This document shows, one piece after another, positions 31,131-41,215 of a DNA stretch of 64,000 nt; within the stretch, counting starts at the first letter, position 1; each line of letters opens with the position of its first letter. The stretch lies in the IMG/VR virus record IMGVR_UViG_3300035670_000036; one strand, 5' to 3'. The notes under the pieces were generated by a model. That model did not search any database and was not told the DNA's origin. It saw only the letters and a list, made by a program, of their open reading frames with translations. The position numbers and the translations under genes are program-made. The DNA comes from an uncultured virus (IMG/VR IMGVR_UViG_3300035670_000036). Its lineage: Duplodnaviria > Heunggongvirae > Uroviricota > Caudoviricetes.

Positions 31131-31853
31131 ATGGGCGACCAAAAAATTAAGATTGTAGAAGATTTTGTATGGCTATTGATTACCGACAAAGCTAAGGAAG
31201 TTTACCAGTCGGGTTTATTTGATGGTTCTATCTGTGCGCTACATGATGACGGTAGCGAGAGTTTATGTGAGACCTACGAAGACCTTACCGAAGCATTAGA
31301 GAGAGGTCTTGAAATCGGGATAGAAGTTGGTCATATAACCAAACCAGAGCCTAAGAAAATAGAATGGTATGATACCCTATACAATTTAGATGTTACGACC
31401 TTCAGGAACCTAGACCCTATCATGGAAGCTAAGACAGATGAGGAGTGGATTAAGGCAGGAGAACAGGGCATTCCAGCTTGGTGCTACTACGACAATGACC
31501 CAGCGAACAACGAACTATTTGGCAAGCTATATAATTGGTATGCGGTAAATGATAAGAGAGGACTTGCACCCGAAGGATTTAGAGTTCCAACCATAAAGGA
31601 GTTAGATGATTTATACATTAGTCCAGGTTATCCAGCGTCAGGGTGTCGTAATCATGCGAAAACTATTCATGGGAATTATCACACTCGTTTTGATAACATT
31701 AGGGAAATGGGTTTACTTTGGAGTTCTACGGAAGATGATATTGACAGAGAATTTGCTTGGTACAGCTACTTCACAAAACACCATGATAGTAATTCAGGCA
31801 TAGACGTAAATTATAAATCAATGGGTGCATCAGTTATCTGCATCAAAGATTAA
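31131..31853 (+). CDS. protein with a C-terminal Fibrobacter succinogenes major paralogous (FISUMP) domain
   Basis: NLDVTTFRN.DPI...WCYYDNDPAN...GKLYNWYAVNDKRGLAPEG.RVPT...WSST...G.SV.CIKD. Confidence 0.8.
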   Translation: MGDQKIKIVEDFVWLLITDKAKEVYQSGLFDGSICALHDDGSESLCETYEDLTEALERGLEIGIEVGHITKPEPKKIEWYDTLYNLDVTTFRNLDPIMEAKTDEEWIKAGEQGIPAWCYYDNDPANNELFGKLYNWYAVNDKRGLAPEGFRVPTIKELDDLYISPGYPASGCRNHAKTIHGNYHTRFDNIREMGLLWSSTEDDIDREFAWYSYFTKHHDSNSGIDVNYKSMGASVICIKD

Positions 31854-32236
31854 CAAAATATTAACATGGGGGGATTTGGTTTTCTTAATTATCCCCCTTA
31901 TATTTGCATCATATTATTCACCACTATAAAAAACAACATGAGAAATAGTAAGGAATGGATAGCTGTCTTAGATGGCAAAAGGATTGATTCTAATGGGTTC
32001 TATTGCAGTGAGTTCTTTCGTAGGACATGTGTTACCTCCTATAATAAGAAAGAAGCTATACGATTGCTCTCGAAGGCTAAGATGCATTACTTCGGTACTT
32101 ATAAGATTCCCAAGGAAGTTAGGATGAGAACAGACATCATTTCTAATTAACAAAACTTTAACATGAGGGGTATTGTATATATCATGTAAGCTCCTTATCT
32201 TTGTATCATATTATTAACCACTTTAAATTTTAAATC

Positions 32237-32467
32237 ATGCAGTTAGATAAAGTAATGTTGGATAAATTGGAATCTTGGTTTGAGACCTATAATCCTGATA
32301 GTATGTTATATGGATTTGATATAGATGAAGAGGATGAAGAGTTGATGTATAAGGATTATCAAGAGTTAATGGAGTTACTGGGGAGAGCTAAGAGGAATGA
32401 GTTAACGACAGATGATGTAGATGTTATAGCATTCCATTTAGATTGTATTGCAAATGATGAAGATTAA
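32237..32467 (+). CDS. hypothetical acidic protein
   Basis: Promoter and leader upstream. Confidence 0.65.
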   Translation: MQLDKVMLDKLESWFETYNPDSMLYGFDIDEEDEELMYKDYQELMELLGRAKRNELTTDDVDVIAFHLDCIANDED

Positions 32468-32498
32468 TTATTGTTCACCGCGAAAAACTTAAAAAAAA

Positions 32499-32780
32499 AT
32501 GTTAGTATTCAAGTATTTAGAAGATTTCTTACCAGGCAGACCTGTCGATGATTTTGTGTTCACAGTGTTTGATAAGCACAGCAATGAAGAACTTATATGG
32601 GATATACTAGATGTCCTTGACGAAATAAACAGAGATAGGACTGCGGATTGGATTGACTACACGAAAGATAATTGGTTTGATGGTTGGGTTTCATGGTGTG
32701 AGGATGATGCGTACACTATACTATCAATAGAGGATAGAGGAGATAAAGTGTATAGACCTTTCTTATCTATGCACATGTAG
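32499..32780 (+). CDS. hypothetical acidic protein
   Basis: ORF in operon. Confidence 0.65.
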   Translation: MLVFKYLEDFLPGRPVDDFVFTVFDKHSNEELIWDILDVLDEINRDRTADWIDYTKDNWFDGWVSWCEDDAYTILSIEDRGDKVYRPFLSMHM

Positions 32781-32787
32781 ATAAAAT

Positions 32788-32862
32788 AGCAAGGTAGCTC
32801 AGTGGTTTAGAACGGCCTTGGTTATTCGGGGTGCGACGCAGGTTCGATTCCTGCCCTTGCTG
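32788..32862 (+). ncRNA. tRNA-like RNA 2
   Basis: AGCAAGG/CCTTGCT; TAGCTCAGTGGTTTAGAAC D arm; GCCTTG-GTTATT-CGGGGT (6- or 8-nt loop); GCAGG-TTCGATT-CCTGC. Confidence 0.75.
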
Positions 32863-33067
32863 CTAAAAAAATAATAACATGGAACAGAAAGTATTAGATA
32901 TTTTAGAATTGGGGCATAAAGAAGATGGCACATTTTATTCTGACAAAGAGAAAACAGCCATGCTACTAAAATTAATTGAACAGGCATACGACGATGCTAT
33001 AAAGGGAATCTATATTTCCTTTGATTATAATGATGGTGCAGATTATGTGAAGTCAGTTTAATTACCT

Positions 33068-33195
33068 AGCAAGGTGGAGGAAGTATGGATAATTGAATAA
33101 GAAGCGTATTGAGTCAAGAAAGTGAAATTGAAGTAGCAAGTATTGTGGCACTCAATGTCAATTTGAAACCGCAGGTTCGAATCCTGCCCTTGTTA
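33068..33195 (+). ncRNA. tRNA-like RNA 3 with a long insert
   Basis: AGCAAGG/CCTTGTT; T arm GCAGGTTCGAATCCTGC; insert stems AATTGA/TCAATT and TATTGAGT/ACTCAATG. Confidence 0.7.
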
Positions 33196-33400
33196 CTAAA
33201 ATTGTAATTATGGAAATAGCAATAATTGTGGGATGGATATTTATGATATTGAGTTGGATAATACCACCTTTTATTAAAGATACACCTATTAAAGATGTAT
33301 CTAGCAGAAGATTTGTAGGATTAATTTTAGCAACATTTGCATTAGGTATTTTCTTAGGTCATGGATTATCTTTATTATTTTAGTTAATTTAAAATTAATT

Positions 33401-33533
33401 AGCAAGGTGGCGTAATTGGTAAACGCATATATGGTGTAAGTGAATCTAACTCGCGAGGTAGTTAAGCGAAGAATAAAGCACCAGATAGATGAAGTTACTT
33501 ATCATCATGCAGGTTCGATTCCTGTCCTTGCTA
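33401..33533 (+). ncRNA. tRNA-like RNA 4 (Leu-type D arm, expanded anticodon arm, variable arm)
   Basis: AGCAAGG/CCTTGCT; GCG-TAATTGGTAAA-CGC; TGGTG...CACCA enclosing a TAACT/AGTTA hairpin; GATGA/TCATC variable stem. Confidence 0.75.
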
Positions 33534-33547
33534 CTAAAAAAAATAAC

Positions 33548-33724
33548 ATGAGTTACGAACCAAAGTATATTGAGAGGCCAGTAGTGAGCGTGCATGATTC
33601 GAGCGAGGAGGGACCTATGCTTGTAATCCACAGTCACATCAACCAGAAGGATAAGATGATTCTAAGCAAAGACGAAGCATCCCTGCTGTTACTAGAGTTG
33701 TATAAATTCATTGAAAACAACTAA
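33548..33724 (+). CDS. hypothetical protein (start MSYEPK)
   Basis: ATG just after the tRNA-like RNA; the longer track ORF runs through the RNA. Confidence 0.6.
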   Translation: MSYEPKYIERPVVSVHDSSEEGPMLVIHSHINQKDKMILSKDEASLLLLELYKFIENN

Positions 33725-33725
33725 C

Positions 33726-34733
33726 ATGAAAGTATTAATAACGGGTGTCGCAGGATTCATTGGAAGTCATCTAGCGCATTCTATGTTAACCCAATGCCAC
33801 AAAGTGATAGGTGTGGACTTCTTTGATGGAGGCGATACCCAGTTATTAAAAAAGATGAGGTTGAGTGATATATGGAACAATCGCCAGGATGGAAAAGGTA
33901 TTGGCTGCTACGACTTGGACATAGCGGACAAGAAGAAGGTAGACATCTTATTCTCTCTGCACAAGTTTGACCTAGTAGTGAACTTAGCAGGACAGGCCGG
34001 AGTTAGAGCTAGCGTCAAGGATCCGGATCTCTTTGCCCGATCAAATGTCCAGGGATTCTTAAACATTATAGAAGCATGTAAGAAGTATGAAGTAAAGCAT
34101 CTGGTGTATGCATCTAGTTCAAGTGTATATGGAATGGGTAGTAACATGGATATGGCATTTAGTACAGATGATAGAACAGATGGGCCGGTATCCTTTTATG
34201 CAGCGACTAAGAAGATGAATGAATTGACGGCACATGTATATAGTCATTTGTTCAACATGCGTACTACAGGTCTTAGATTCTTTACAGTGTATGGTCCATG
34301 GGGTAGGCCGGATATGATGGTTTATAGATTTACATATAACATCCATAATAACATTCCTATTGACATTTATAATCATGGAGAGATGTTTAGAGAATTTACT
34401 TATATTGATGATATTATTGATGGGATTAATATTGTGATTAAAAATGAAACGGATGTCAAGTACATGTTATATAATGTAGGGAGTAATGAGAGCATTAAGA
34501 TTTTAGATTTCATTGATGTTCTGGAGGAGGAGATTGGAAAGAAGGCCCGCCGGAATTTAGAACGGATGCAAGACGGAGACGTTTACTTCACTGCGTCCGA
34601 CGTATCACCCCTAAGAAGATTGGGATACGAACCGAAAGTAAAATACAGAGAAGGGATCAAACGGTTTTTAAAATGGTATGATTCAATAGACGATATAGAA
34701 CACCGGATCATAATGGAACAGACCGGTGTGTAA
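33726..34733 (+). CDS. NAD-dependent epimerase/dehydratase (UDP-glucuronate 4-epimerase-like)
   Basis: GVAGFIG, NLAGQAGVR, ASSSSVYG, YAATK, LRFFTVYGPWGRPDM. Confidence 0.93.
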   Translation: MKVLITGVAGFIGSHLAHSMLTQCHKVIGVDFFDGGDTQLLKKMRLSDIWNNRQDGKGIGCYDLDIADKKKVDILFSLHKFDLVVNLAGQAGVRASVKDPDLFARSNVQGFLNIIEACKKYEVKHLVYASSSSVYGMGSNMDMAFSTDDRTDGPVSFYAATKKMNELTAHVYSHLFNMRTTGLRFFTVYGPWGRPDMMVYRFTYNIHNNIPIDIYNHGEMFREFTYIDDIIDGINIVIKNETDVKYMLYNVGSNESIKILDFIDVLEEEIGKKARRNLERMQDGDVYFTASDVSPLRRLGYEPKVKYREGIKRFLKWYDSIDDIEHRIIMEQTGV

Positions 34734-34822
34734 GAGCAAAGTTTAAGTGGTGCATTTTAGAAGGTAGGCTCTAACCTCCCCGGTTAACCTACCTTCCTTT
34801 TAAAAACAAACAAATCAATTAT

Positions 34823-35170
34823 ATGAGATCAATCCTTTCAACCTTTTTACTCTTCGGAGTGTTTTATTCTTATGGCCAAGAACCGATTAACTGTGTAATA
34901 AACAACACCGTTCTATTCGAAAATCTTGAGCCCGACCAAGATAAGTTCGAGTACGTTATCGTGGATCGGAGCACAGACCTGATAGACGGTATTAATCACA
35001 TGCTAATGTTCTTGGTACCTCAAAGGAACAACCGAGTTGTATCTTTCCGGGGAGAAGAGCGGGAAGTGGTTTACAATGCTAAGAAGAGGCGGTACATCTT
35101 TGACGGAGGAACCTACAAGACCTACCCGGATCTACTTTCGGCGGTGAAGTTCTTTTTATTAACCAATTAA
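34823..35170 (+). CDS. hypothetical secreted protein
   Basis: Signal-peptide-like N-terminus. Confidence 0.6.
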   Translation: MRSILSTFLLFGVFYSYGQEPINCVINNTVLFENLEPDQDKFEYVIVDRSTDLIDGINHMLMFLVPQRNNRVVSFRGEEREVVYNAKKRRYIFDGGTYKTYPDLLSAVKFFLLTN

Positions 35171-35182
35171 CACATTTCTCAC

Positions 35183-35593
35183 ATGTCCAAAAAATTAAAT
35201 ACAACGGATCTTATACCATTAGATTCATTATCATTAGGAGAGCCATTAGATAATAAGATGGAAATATTTAATAACGTCATTACATCTATTAAAACATTTC
35301 CAGATTCTAATTATCTATGTACGGCTTACTTACTATTAGAAGATCCAAATGATGAAACAAATGTATTCTTCTTTCCATTGTTTGAAGATGATGATAAGAA
35401 CATGCAAGCATTCTTATTGAAAACGGAAGATGATACAAAAGTTTTTATAGATTACATGAAGAAAGTATCTGAAAATGTAAAAGTTCCAAAGTTGAAAGAA
35501 TTCATAGATGAGATAAATCATGAGATTGAAATAGATTCTGAAAGAGGAAAATATTATAAATCATGTAGAGGAATATTAACCCTACCGGCATAA
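35183..35593 (+). CDS. hypothetical protein
   Basis: ORF in operon. Confidence 0.6.
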   Translation: MSKKLNTTDLIPLDSLSLGEPLDNKMEIFNNVITSIKTFPDSNYLCTAYLLLEDPNDETNVFFFPLFEDDDKNMQAFLLKTEDDTKVFIDYMKKVSENVKVPKLKEFIDEINHEIEIDSERGKYYKSCRGILTLPA

Positions 35594-35734
35594 ATTAATC
35601 GCGGGGTCGGAAAAAATGGCCCCGCGGAAAATTAAGAAACGCATTTAGATTAGAGCCCAAAAAAAATATGCAAAAAAATATTCGTCCGGGCTTGCATATA
35701 TCAAAAGAATGTATTATCTTTGCAGCATATTAAA

Positions 35735-36088
35735 ATGATCAACATGGAGAATGTCAAAATAGAACAGCTGTTAAATAAAACGGCAATTCTTATACAACAA
35801 CGGAAAGAGTTAGAGGATAAAGAGAACGCACTTAAGAAAGAAGTACAGGAGGCCTTAGAAAAAGCAGATCTCTCAACGCTATCGACTTCAATGATATCGG
35901 TAATAAAAGTAACAAAGAAGTCCTTTACTTACTCTCCTGAAATTCAACGGCTGGAGAAAGAGGTGAAGGCAAGGAAAAGCCAGGAAGAGATTTACGGTAT
36001 AGCAAAAGAAACGCTTAAGTCTCACTACATGTACACACTAAGTAAACAATTCGTAAAGGATGCTTATGACGACTTTGGAGACATTTAA
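35735..36088 (+). CDS. coiled-coil protein distantly related to 17807/18420
   Basis: E..LK.E...LE...L...SFTYS..I..LEK.VK.RK..E...G.A pattern. Confidence 0.6.
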   Translation: MINMENVKIEQLLNKTAILIQQRKELEDKENALKKEVQEALEKADLSTLSTSMISVIKVTKKSFTYSPEIQRLEKEVKARKSQEEIYGIAKETLKSHYMYTLSKQFVKDAYDDFGDI

Positions 36089-36377
36089 AGAACGATTCAC
36101 CGACGCACTTTCTATTAGGTTGAACGGAGTTAGATACTGCGGTAAACGATTACAAACGGACGGAGTTGAATTATATGTTTTAACCGGTGACTTTAATCCG
36201 GTTCATAAACAATACATGGAGTACATGGCAATGATCCACTCTCCAACCGGTAACATAAACATAGTAAGCATGGAAGAGAACGGTAAGTTATATCCTTGGA
36301 TTACTTTGAACATGGCCAAACAGATCACTGAATTTATAAACATTAATAAAAAGGGTGCAGCCCATAAATAAATTAAC

Positions 36378-36815
36378 ATGGAACAACAGAAGAGTAAAAA
36401 GTTTGTAGGTAACGGCAGACTAATCACAACAAAAGATTCGACCGGCTTTGGTATGAGTATATGTATCACAGACCTATTCGAATTATGTATGAAGGATCCG
36501 GAAGTATCTCAATTCATTTATGTGTCAGAGAAGACCGGTAAGAAGTATCTACCGCTTATCGCATGGCCGCTAAAAGAAGTAAGAGACGAGGATAAGTTCC
36601 GGACCCACGCCATTAGCATAGACACTTATAAGAAAGACGAAGCCAAAGGCCAGACATCATATACAGCAAAAGCAAGCCCAGAGCCAAAGCTGAAGGCCGC
36701 ACCGAAAGAGAATAAGTTCGACGATGTTTTTGAGAATGCATTTCCAACAGCACCGGTAAATACTTCAGCTCCTAGCTCAGCACTACATCTGACGGACGAC
36801 GACTTACCGTTTTAA
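36378..36815 (+). CDS. putative single-stranded DNA-binding protein
   Basis: Flexible linker ending in the acidic tail DDDLPF. Confidence 0.55.
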   Translation: MEQQKSKKFVGNGRLITTKDSTGFGMSICITDLFELCMKDPEVSQFIYVSEKTGKKYLPLIAWPLKEVRDEDKFRTHAISIDTYKKDEAKGQTSYTAKASPEPKLKAAPKENKFDDVFENAFPTAPVNTSAPSSALHLTDDDLPF

Positions 36816-36857
36816 TTTCACATGTTTTAATTTTCACATAACCATAATCTTTTTAAA

Positions 36858-37043
36858 ATGTTATCAACAACCGTTTTAATTGTTTTAGCTATCATTTCCG
36901 TTATCTTTATGATCATGGGCTTAGTAATCCTATTCGACAGATCTAAAGTTGATTCTCCATGGGAAAAGAAAGTACCAGGAGCGTTACTAGTGTTCTCCGG
37001 ATTAGCTCTAACCCTCGCATGTATCATAGACGTACTTGGTTAA
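36858..37043 (+). CDS. small two-TM membrane protein
   Basis: Two hydrophobic segments; terminator GGGAACCGA-TGAAAG-TCGGTTCCC follows. Confidence 0.65.
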   Translation: MLSTTVLIVLAIISVIFMIMGLVILFDRSKVDSPWEKKVPGALLVFSGLALTLACIIDVLG

Positions 37044-37332
37044 TGGTTGCATGTGAGAAGGGAACCGATGAAAGTCGGTTCCCTTTCTTTATGTTCTATC
37101 TCCCTGGTCACAAAAAAATATAAAAAAAATGTAAATGATTGATTGTCAATGGTATTTTAATTTCAAACATGCCAATTAGATCAAAAAGATGCATTTTATT
37201 CTATCTCCCTGGCCACAAAAAGATCAAAAAAAACATAAAACGTTGACAATCAATGCTATTTTTAACAACATTTCTCATAAATGCACAGTAAAATGTCTAA
37301 AAAATGCACAAAATGTCTAAAAATTAATCAAA

Positions 37333-37704
37333 ATGGATAAAAAAACTAAGAAAAACCTAGTATGGACCTCTACATTTGGTGGTAGTAGGGCCTATACGCA
37401 TACAATAACTTGGCATGATATAAACTCGGAAGTACCAGAAGATGCTGCAAGAAGTTACGAAACATACCATGAAGACATGAATGTAGATGGATGTAAGTTA
37501 TTATTGTTAGTTGAGGTAAAAGAAGAAGGTGAAACATATCTTGAGCTAGGAGCAGGATGGTATGATGCTAAGATAGATAGAAATAACATAATAGTAGATA
37601 AAGACGTAGACGGAAGAGTTATCGCCTACGCTTTTGAACAGGCCCTCGAACCGATAAGAGTATTTAATAGAACAGAAGAATATCAAACAAATGGAAGAAA
37701 ATAA
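37333..37704 (+). CDS. hypothetical protein
   Basis: ORF. Confidence 0.6.
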   Translation: MDKKTKKNLVWTSTFGGSRAYTHTITWHDINSEVPEDAARSYETYHEDMNVDGCKLLLLVEVKEEGETYLELGAGWYDAKIDRNNIIVDKDVDGRVIAYAFEQALEPIRVFNRTEEYQTNGRK

Positions 37705-39040
37705 CGAACATTGGATATCTAAACTAACGGACAAACAGGTATACATCATATCTTTCATCCTAATAGTCACTCCAACCATCTTATATTATGGATTTAAATA
37801 TGTGTTTAACATGCTTTCCAATTAGACATCATAGAATCCATTTTAAGGCATGTAGCGTTCATTCTGCTGCATCTTCTCATACCGGGTGGAACTAGATGAA
37901 GGGTTCCACCCAAAGTTTATTAGGAGCCAACTGTGTGCGAAAAAAAGGCATTCGATGAAAAAATTCGCCTGATTCCCTGCCACTTATCCACATATTAACC
38001 CAGATGCACTACAATTTAACTTACCACATAGAACGTATTTTTTGCTGCTCCTTTCCCGATACTTGCACGTCATTTCCAGTACTACTCTTACACGTTATTG
38101 ATTTACTCATCTTATTTTTTACATTTTCTTTCATTTATCATCTATCTTTTCATGTTACAGTCATGTTCATTAGGATTACATTTATTATTCTTTATGTTCT
38201 TGATATGTTTTATAGATGATTTTAGGGATGATTTTATATTAGATTTATATTATCATGTTATATTAATGTATTGATTTATGTTATCATGTTATTTTTATTT
38301 ATTTTATTTTTATGTTTTATTTGGATATTATTATTTTATGTATTATCTTTGTGTTCATGTTATTTTGGATGTATGTTGATGTTATTATTTAATTAATTGC
38401 TGGGATTGTATATTATGTAGTGTCCCCGCGCAAAAACTATTTTATGGATTACAATTTTAGAGTATTGGCTCATCTAGTTGGAAGGACTGTAGTGTTCCAA
38501 ATTCATGATGTATATTTTAATGATGAGGATGGAAGTCCGGAAGGTTATAATATGGAATCTGCTAAATTGAAAACAAGGGATGTAAGAGATTTTAGACTCA
38601 TGTTGGAAAAGATGTATGAATGTTTGGACAAGCCTATTTTGTGGAGTGGTGATAGATTTCCGGAAGAGTTTAATGATTGACTTGAATAATCTGGAAAGGA
38701 AATTAGATGAAGCATTGAGTAAAGAGACCAAAGAAACATTGACTGATTTTGTAAACATGAAAAGAAACAAAGTGAAAATCAATAAAGGCAAGAGAACAAA
38801 GCAAACAGGGATTGAATATTTGAGAGACATTTATAAGCATGATTACAGATGTCCAATAAAATTTGACACCGCCGAAAAAATGCAACTTGAAATCATGGAT
38901 GAGTTTTCTGAATGGCTTGCAAAGGAGGAGTATATTTTAGGTCACTTAAGCAGTACTTGGAGAAAGCGTGTAAATGATCCTCCAATATCAATGTCGGTGC
39001 TTTACCAAATGTTTTTAGACAACGAAAAAACAAAGTAAAT

Positions 39041-39253
39041 ATGGAAACAAAACCAAATGAACCAATCATTACGTTAGAATATAATAATGATTACACATCC
39101 ATGGGCTTAACCAAACGCGAATACTTTGCAGCAATGGCAATGAAAGGGATAATCACTAACAAGGATGGGCTTGATATTAAAATTGAGCGTATAGCTGAAA
39201 GTGCTGTAGATATGGCGGATACTTTAATTGAGGAACTAAATAAAAAAAGGTAA
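39041..39253 (+). CDS. hypothetical phage protein (GLTKREYFAAMAM family)
   Basis: GLTKREYFAAMAM.G...A..AV.MAD.LI.EL motif, common in phage early genes. Confidence 0.7.
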   Translation: METKPNEPIITLEYNNDYTSMGLTKREYFAAMAMKGIITNKDGLDIKIERIAESAVDMADTLIEELNKKR

Positions 39254-39254
39254 A

Positions 39255-39629
39255 ATGATAGAAAATATTAAAGCACGTCTCTTTGCAAAAAGATTCAATA
39301 TTTGGAAAGAAGAAATAGATGCTAACGATAAAGAAGGTTATTTTATTTACAATAAACAAATATATTTTGGAAATAGGTTTTTTGTATTTATTAAATCAAA
39401 TCAAATACTATTTCGTTTAGAAGTTGAAGAAGAAAACAAAAATTTATACGCAGATGTGGATTCAGCAATAGATGGTGTAAATGATTTTTCATTAGCTCGT
39501 GTAAATAATGTTGAAATACTTGAAAGTGATTTAGTTAAATTATTAGAACAACACGAGCAAGCGTTGAAAGAAGCATACGAAAAAGGCTATCAGGATGCAA
39601 TAAAATTTTACAACCAATTTGAAAAATAA
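39255..39629 (+). CDS. hypothetical protein
   Basis: EQALKEAYEKGY tail resembles that of 39632. Confidence 0.6.
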   Translation: MIENIKARLFAKRFNIWKEEIDANDKEGYFIYNKQIYFGNRFFVFIKSNQILFRLEVEEENKNLYADVDSAIDGVNDFSLARVNNVEILESDLVKLLEQHEQALKEAYEKGYQDAIKFYNQFEK

Positions 39630-39631
39630 TC

Positions 39632-39892
39632 ATGACAGAGCAAGAAGGAAAACAAACAGTAGTAGAGTTATTGTTTTTGGAATTTAAAACATTAGCAACT
39701 AACATGAGATTTGCAGGTGATGAATCCGGGGCTGGCTTAATAGATTTTTTATGCGAACGTGAAGTAGATGCTTTAAAAGAAGAGCAAGAACAACTTCAAA
39801 AAGCATACGAAGAAGGTTATGGTGATGCTCTAAATGCTGTAGATTCTATAATTAATAAAGTAACTAAAATCAAACAAGATGGAATTAATTAA
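39632..39892 (+). CDS. hypothetical protein
   Basis: KQTVVE...EQLQKAYEEGY. Confidence 0.6.
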   Translation: MTEQEGKQTVVELLFLEFKTLATNMRFAGDESGAGLIDFLCEREVDALKEEQEQLQKAYEEGYGDALNAVDSIINKVTKIKQDGIN

Positions 39893-40436
39893 AATAAATC
39901 CGGATCACTACATCATTGTAGATGACTTGGAAATTAAAATAGGTGATTGGGTTTATGTGTATTGCTCCGAGATTGAAGCTGAAGAGATTCAGCAAGTTGC
40001 CGGATATTATAACGAGCAATTTATATTTGTGGATGGTAGTCAAATTCATTTGCATTATTGCCATAAAATCACTCACTCTACTAAACCCTTAGAAGATGCT
40101 ACGGTACTTGTAAGACCTGATGGAAGTGATGTTTCAGAAACTATATTCGATAAGGTAAAGGAAATTTCTCTATCCGAAGTAAAAAAAATTATTGGTGAGG
40201 TGGATATGGAGGAGTTGGAACTTAAATACCACAAAAAACTTATGGAACGTAGAGAAATCGCTAAAAACTTTCGTGGTCAAGTTGCAGGTAATCATCCGGA
40301 TATGTTTACTAGTCGAGAAATGTTAAGTATGATGCAAGGTTTTACGGAGGGTTACACCCAGGCTCTTGAAGATACTAAGAATAAAAAGACTCATTGGGAA
40401 GTAGAATTTATTGATGGTGAATTAAAACTTATATAA
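39879..40436 (+). CDS. hypothetical protein
   Basis: ORF in operon. Confidence 0.65.
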   Translation: MELIKINPDHYIIVDDLEIKIGDWVYVYCSEIEAEEIQQVAGYYNEQFIFVDGSQIHLHYCHKITHSTKPLEDATVLVRPDGSDVSETIFDKVKEISLSEVKKIIGEVDMEELELKYHKKLMERREIAKNFRGQVAGNHPDMFTSREMLSMMQGFTEGYTQALEDTKNKKTHWEVEFIDGELKLI

Positions 40437-40948
40437 TGAAAAACCCAAAAGAAGAAAAATGTACTTGTAAAGAACACGACTCTTATTGTTGTCAAATTCA
40501 TGGTAATTGTCCTACTTGTGTAAAAAAAGAAGAACTTAAACAAGAACAAGAAGTTTGTAATCGTTGTGGCAAAACACTTAGAGAGCAGATGAAAGGATGT
40601 GGAGAAATAACTTGTTATAGACAACTTTTACCTAAACAAGAAAAACTCACTTACACAGAATCAGCAAAGAAGGAAGAAAGAATATCTAATTGTACTATGA
40701 TGAAACGTAAACAAAAAACGGTTGAAGAAGCTGCTGAAAAAGAATATCCTACAATTCACGAGCAGTATCAATATGATGCTTTTATCGAAGGTGCTGAATG
40801 GCAGGCTGAAAGAAGTTATAGTGAGGAAGATTTGATTAGTTTTGCACATTTTTATTTTCGAGAAGAATTTAACTCAACAATGCAAAATTCTAATAAATCA
40901 ACAGATGAAATTTTACAAGACTGGTTTAACCAATTTAAAAAGAAATAA
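40436..40948 (+). CDS. Cys-rich protein with an ETVEEAAE...EGA.WQ.ER.YSE domain
   Basis: The C-terminal domain is paralogous to 40952. Confidence 0.7.
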   Translation: MKNPKEEKCTCKEHDSYCCQIHGNCPTCVKKEELKQEQEVCNRCGKTLREQMKGCGEITCYRQLLPKQEKLTYTESAKKEERISNCTMMKRKQKTVEEAAEKEYPTIHEQYQYDAFIEGAEWQAERSYSEEDLISFAHFYFREEFNSTMQNSNKSTDEILQDWFNQFKKK

Positions 40949-40951
40949 ACT

Positions 40952-41212
40952 ATGAAAAAAGAAACAGTTGAAGAAGCTGCCGAAAGAATTTACCCAACTC
41001 CCAATCCTTACATTATGGGTATAGATTTAGGTAACTCAATGAGAAGAGAAGCATTTAAAGAAGGTGCTAAATGGCAACAAGAAAGAATGTATAGTGAAAA
41101 AGATATGGAAAAGTGTTGGAATGCTTCTTATGTAGATGCTATGTCATTCGATGAAATAACATATAAACCATTATTCTTTAGAGATTTTATGGAAAAACTC
41201 AAAAAGAAATAA
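40952..41212 (+). CDS. ETVEEAAE...EGAKWQQERMYSE family protein
   Basis: Paralog of the 40436 C-terminus. Confidence 0.7.
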   Translation: MKKETVEEAAERIYPTPNPYIMGIDLGNSMRREAFKEGAKWQQERMYSEKDMEKCWNASYVDAMSFDEITYKPLFFRDFMEKLKKK

Positions 41213-41215
41213 ACT

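Noticed and set aside
31131..31853. Diversity-generating retroelement target (FISUMP/CLec-like C-terminus)
   Set aside because: No reverse transcriptase and no adenine-variant template repeat were seen in this window.
32788..32862. Ochre suppressor tRNA (TTA in the loop)
   Set aside because: The loop is 6 or 8 nt and lacks canonical geometry, and TAA is the main stop codon here.
38004..38219. 71-aa hydrophobic ORF
   Set aside because: It lies in the T-rich compositional tract and has no leader or promoter support.
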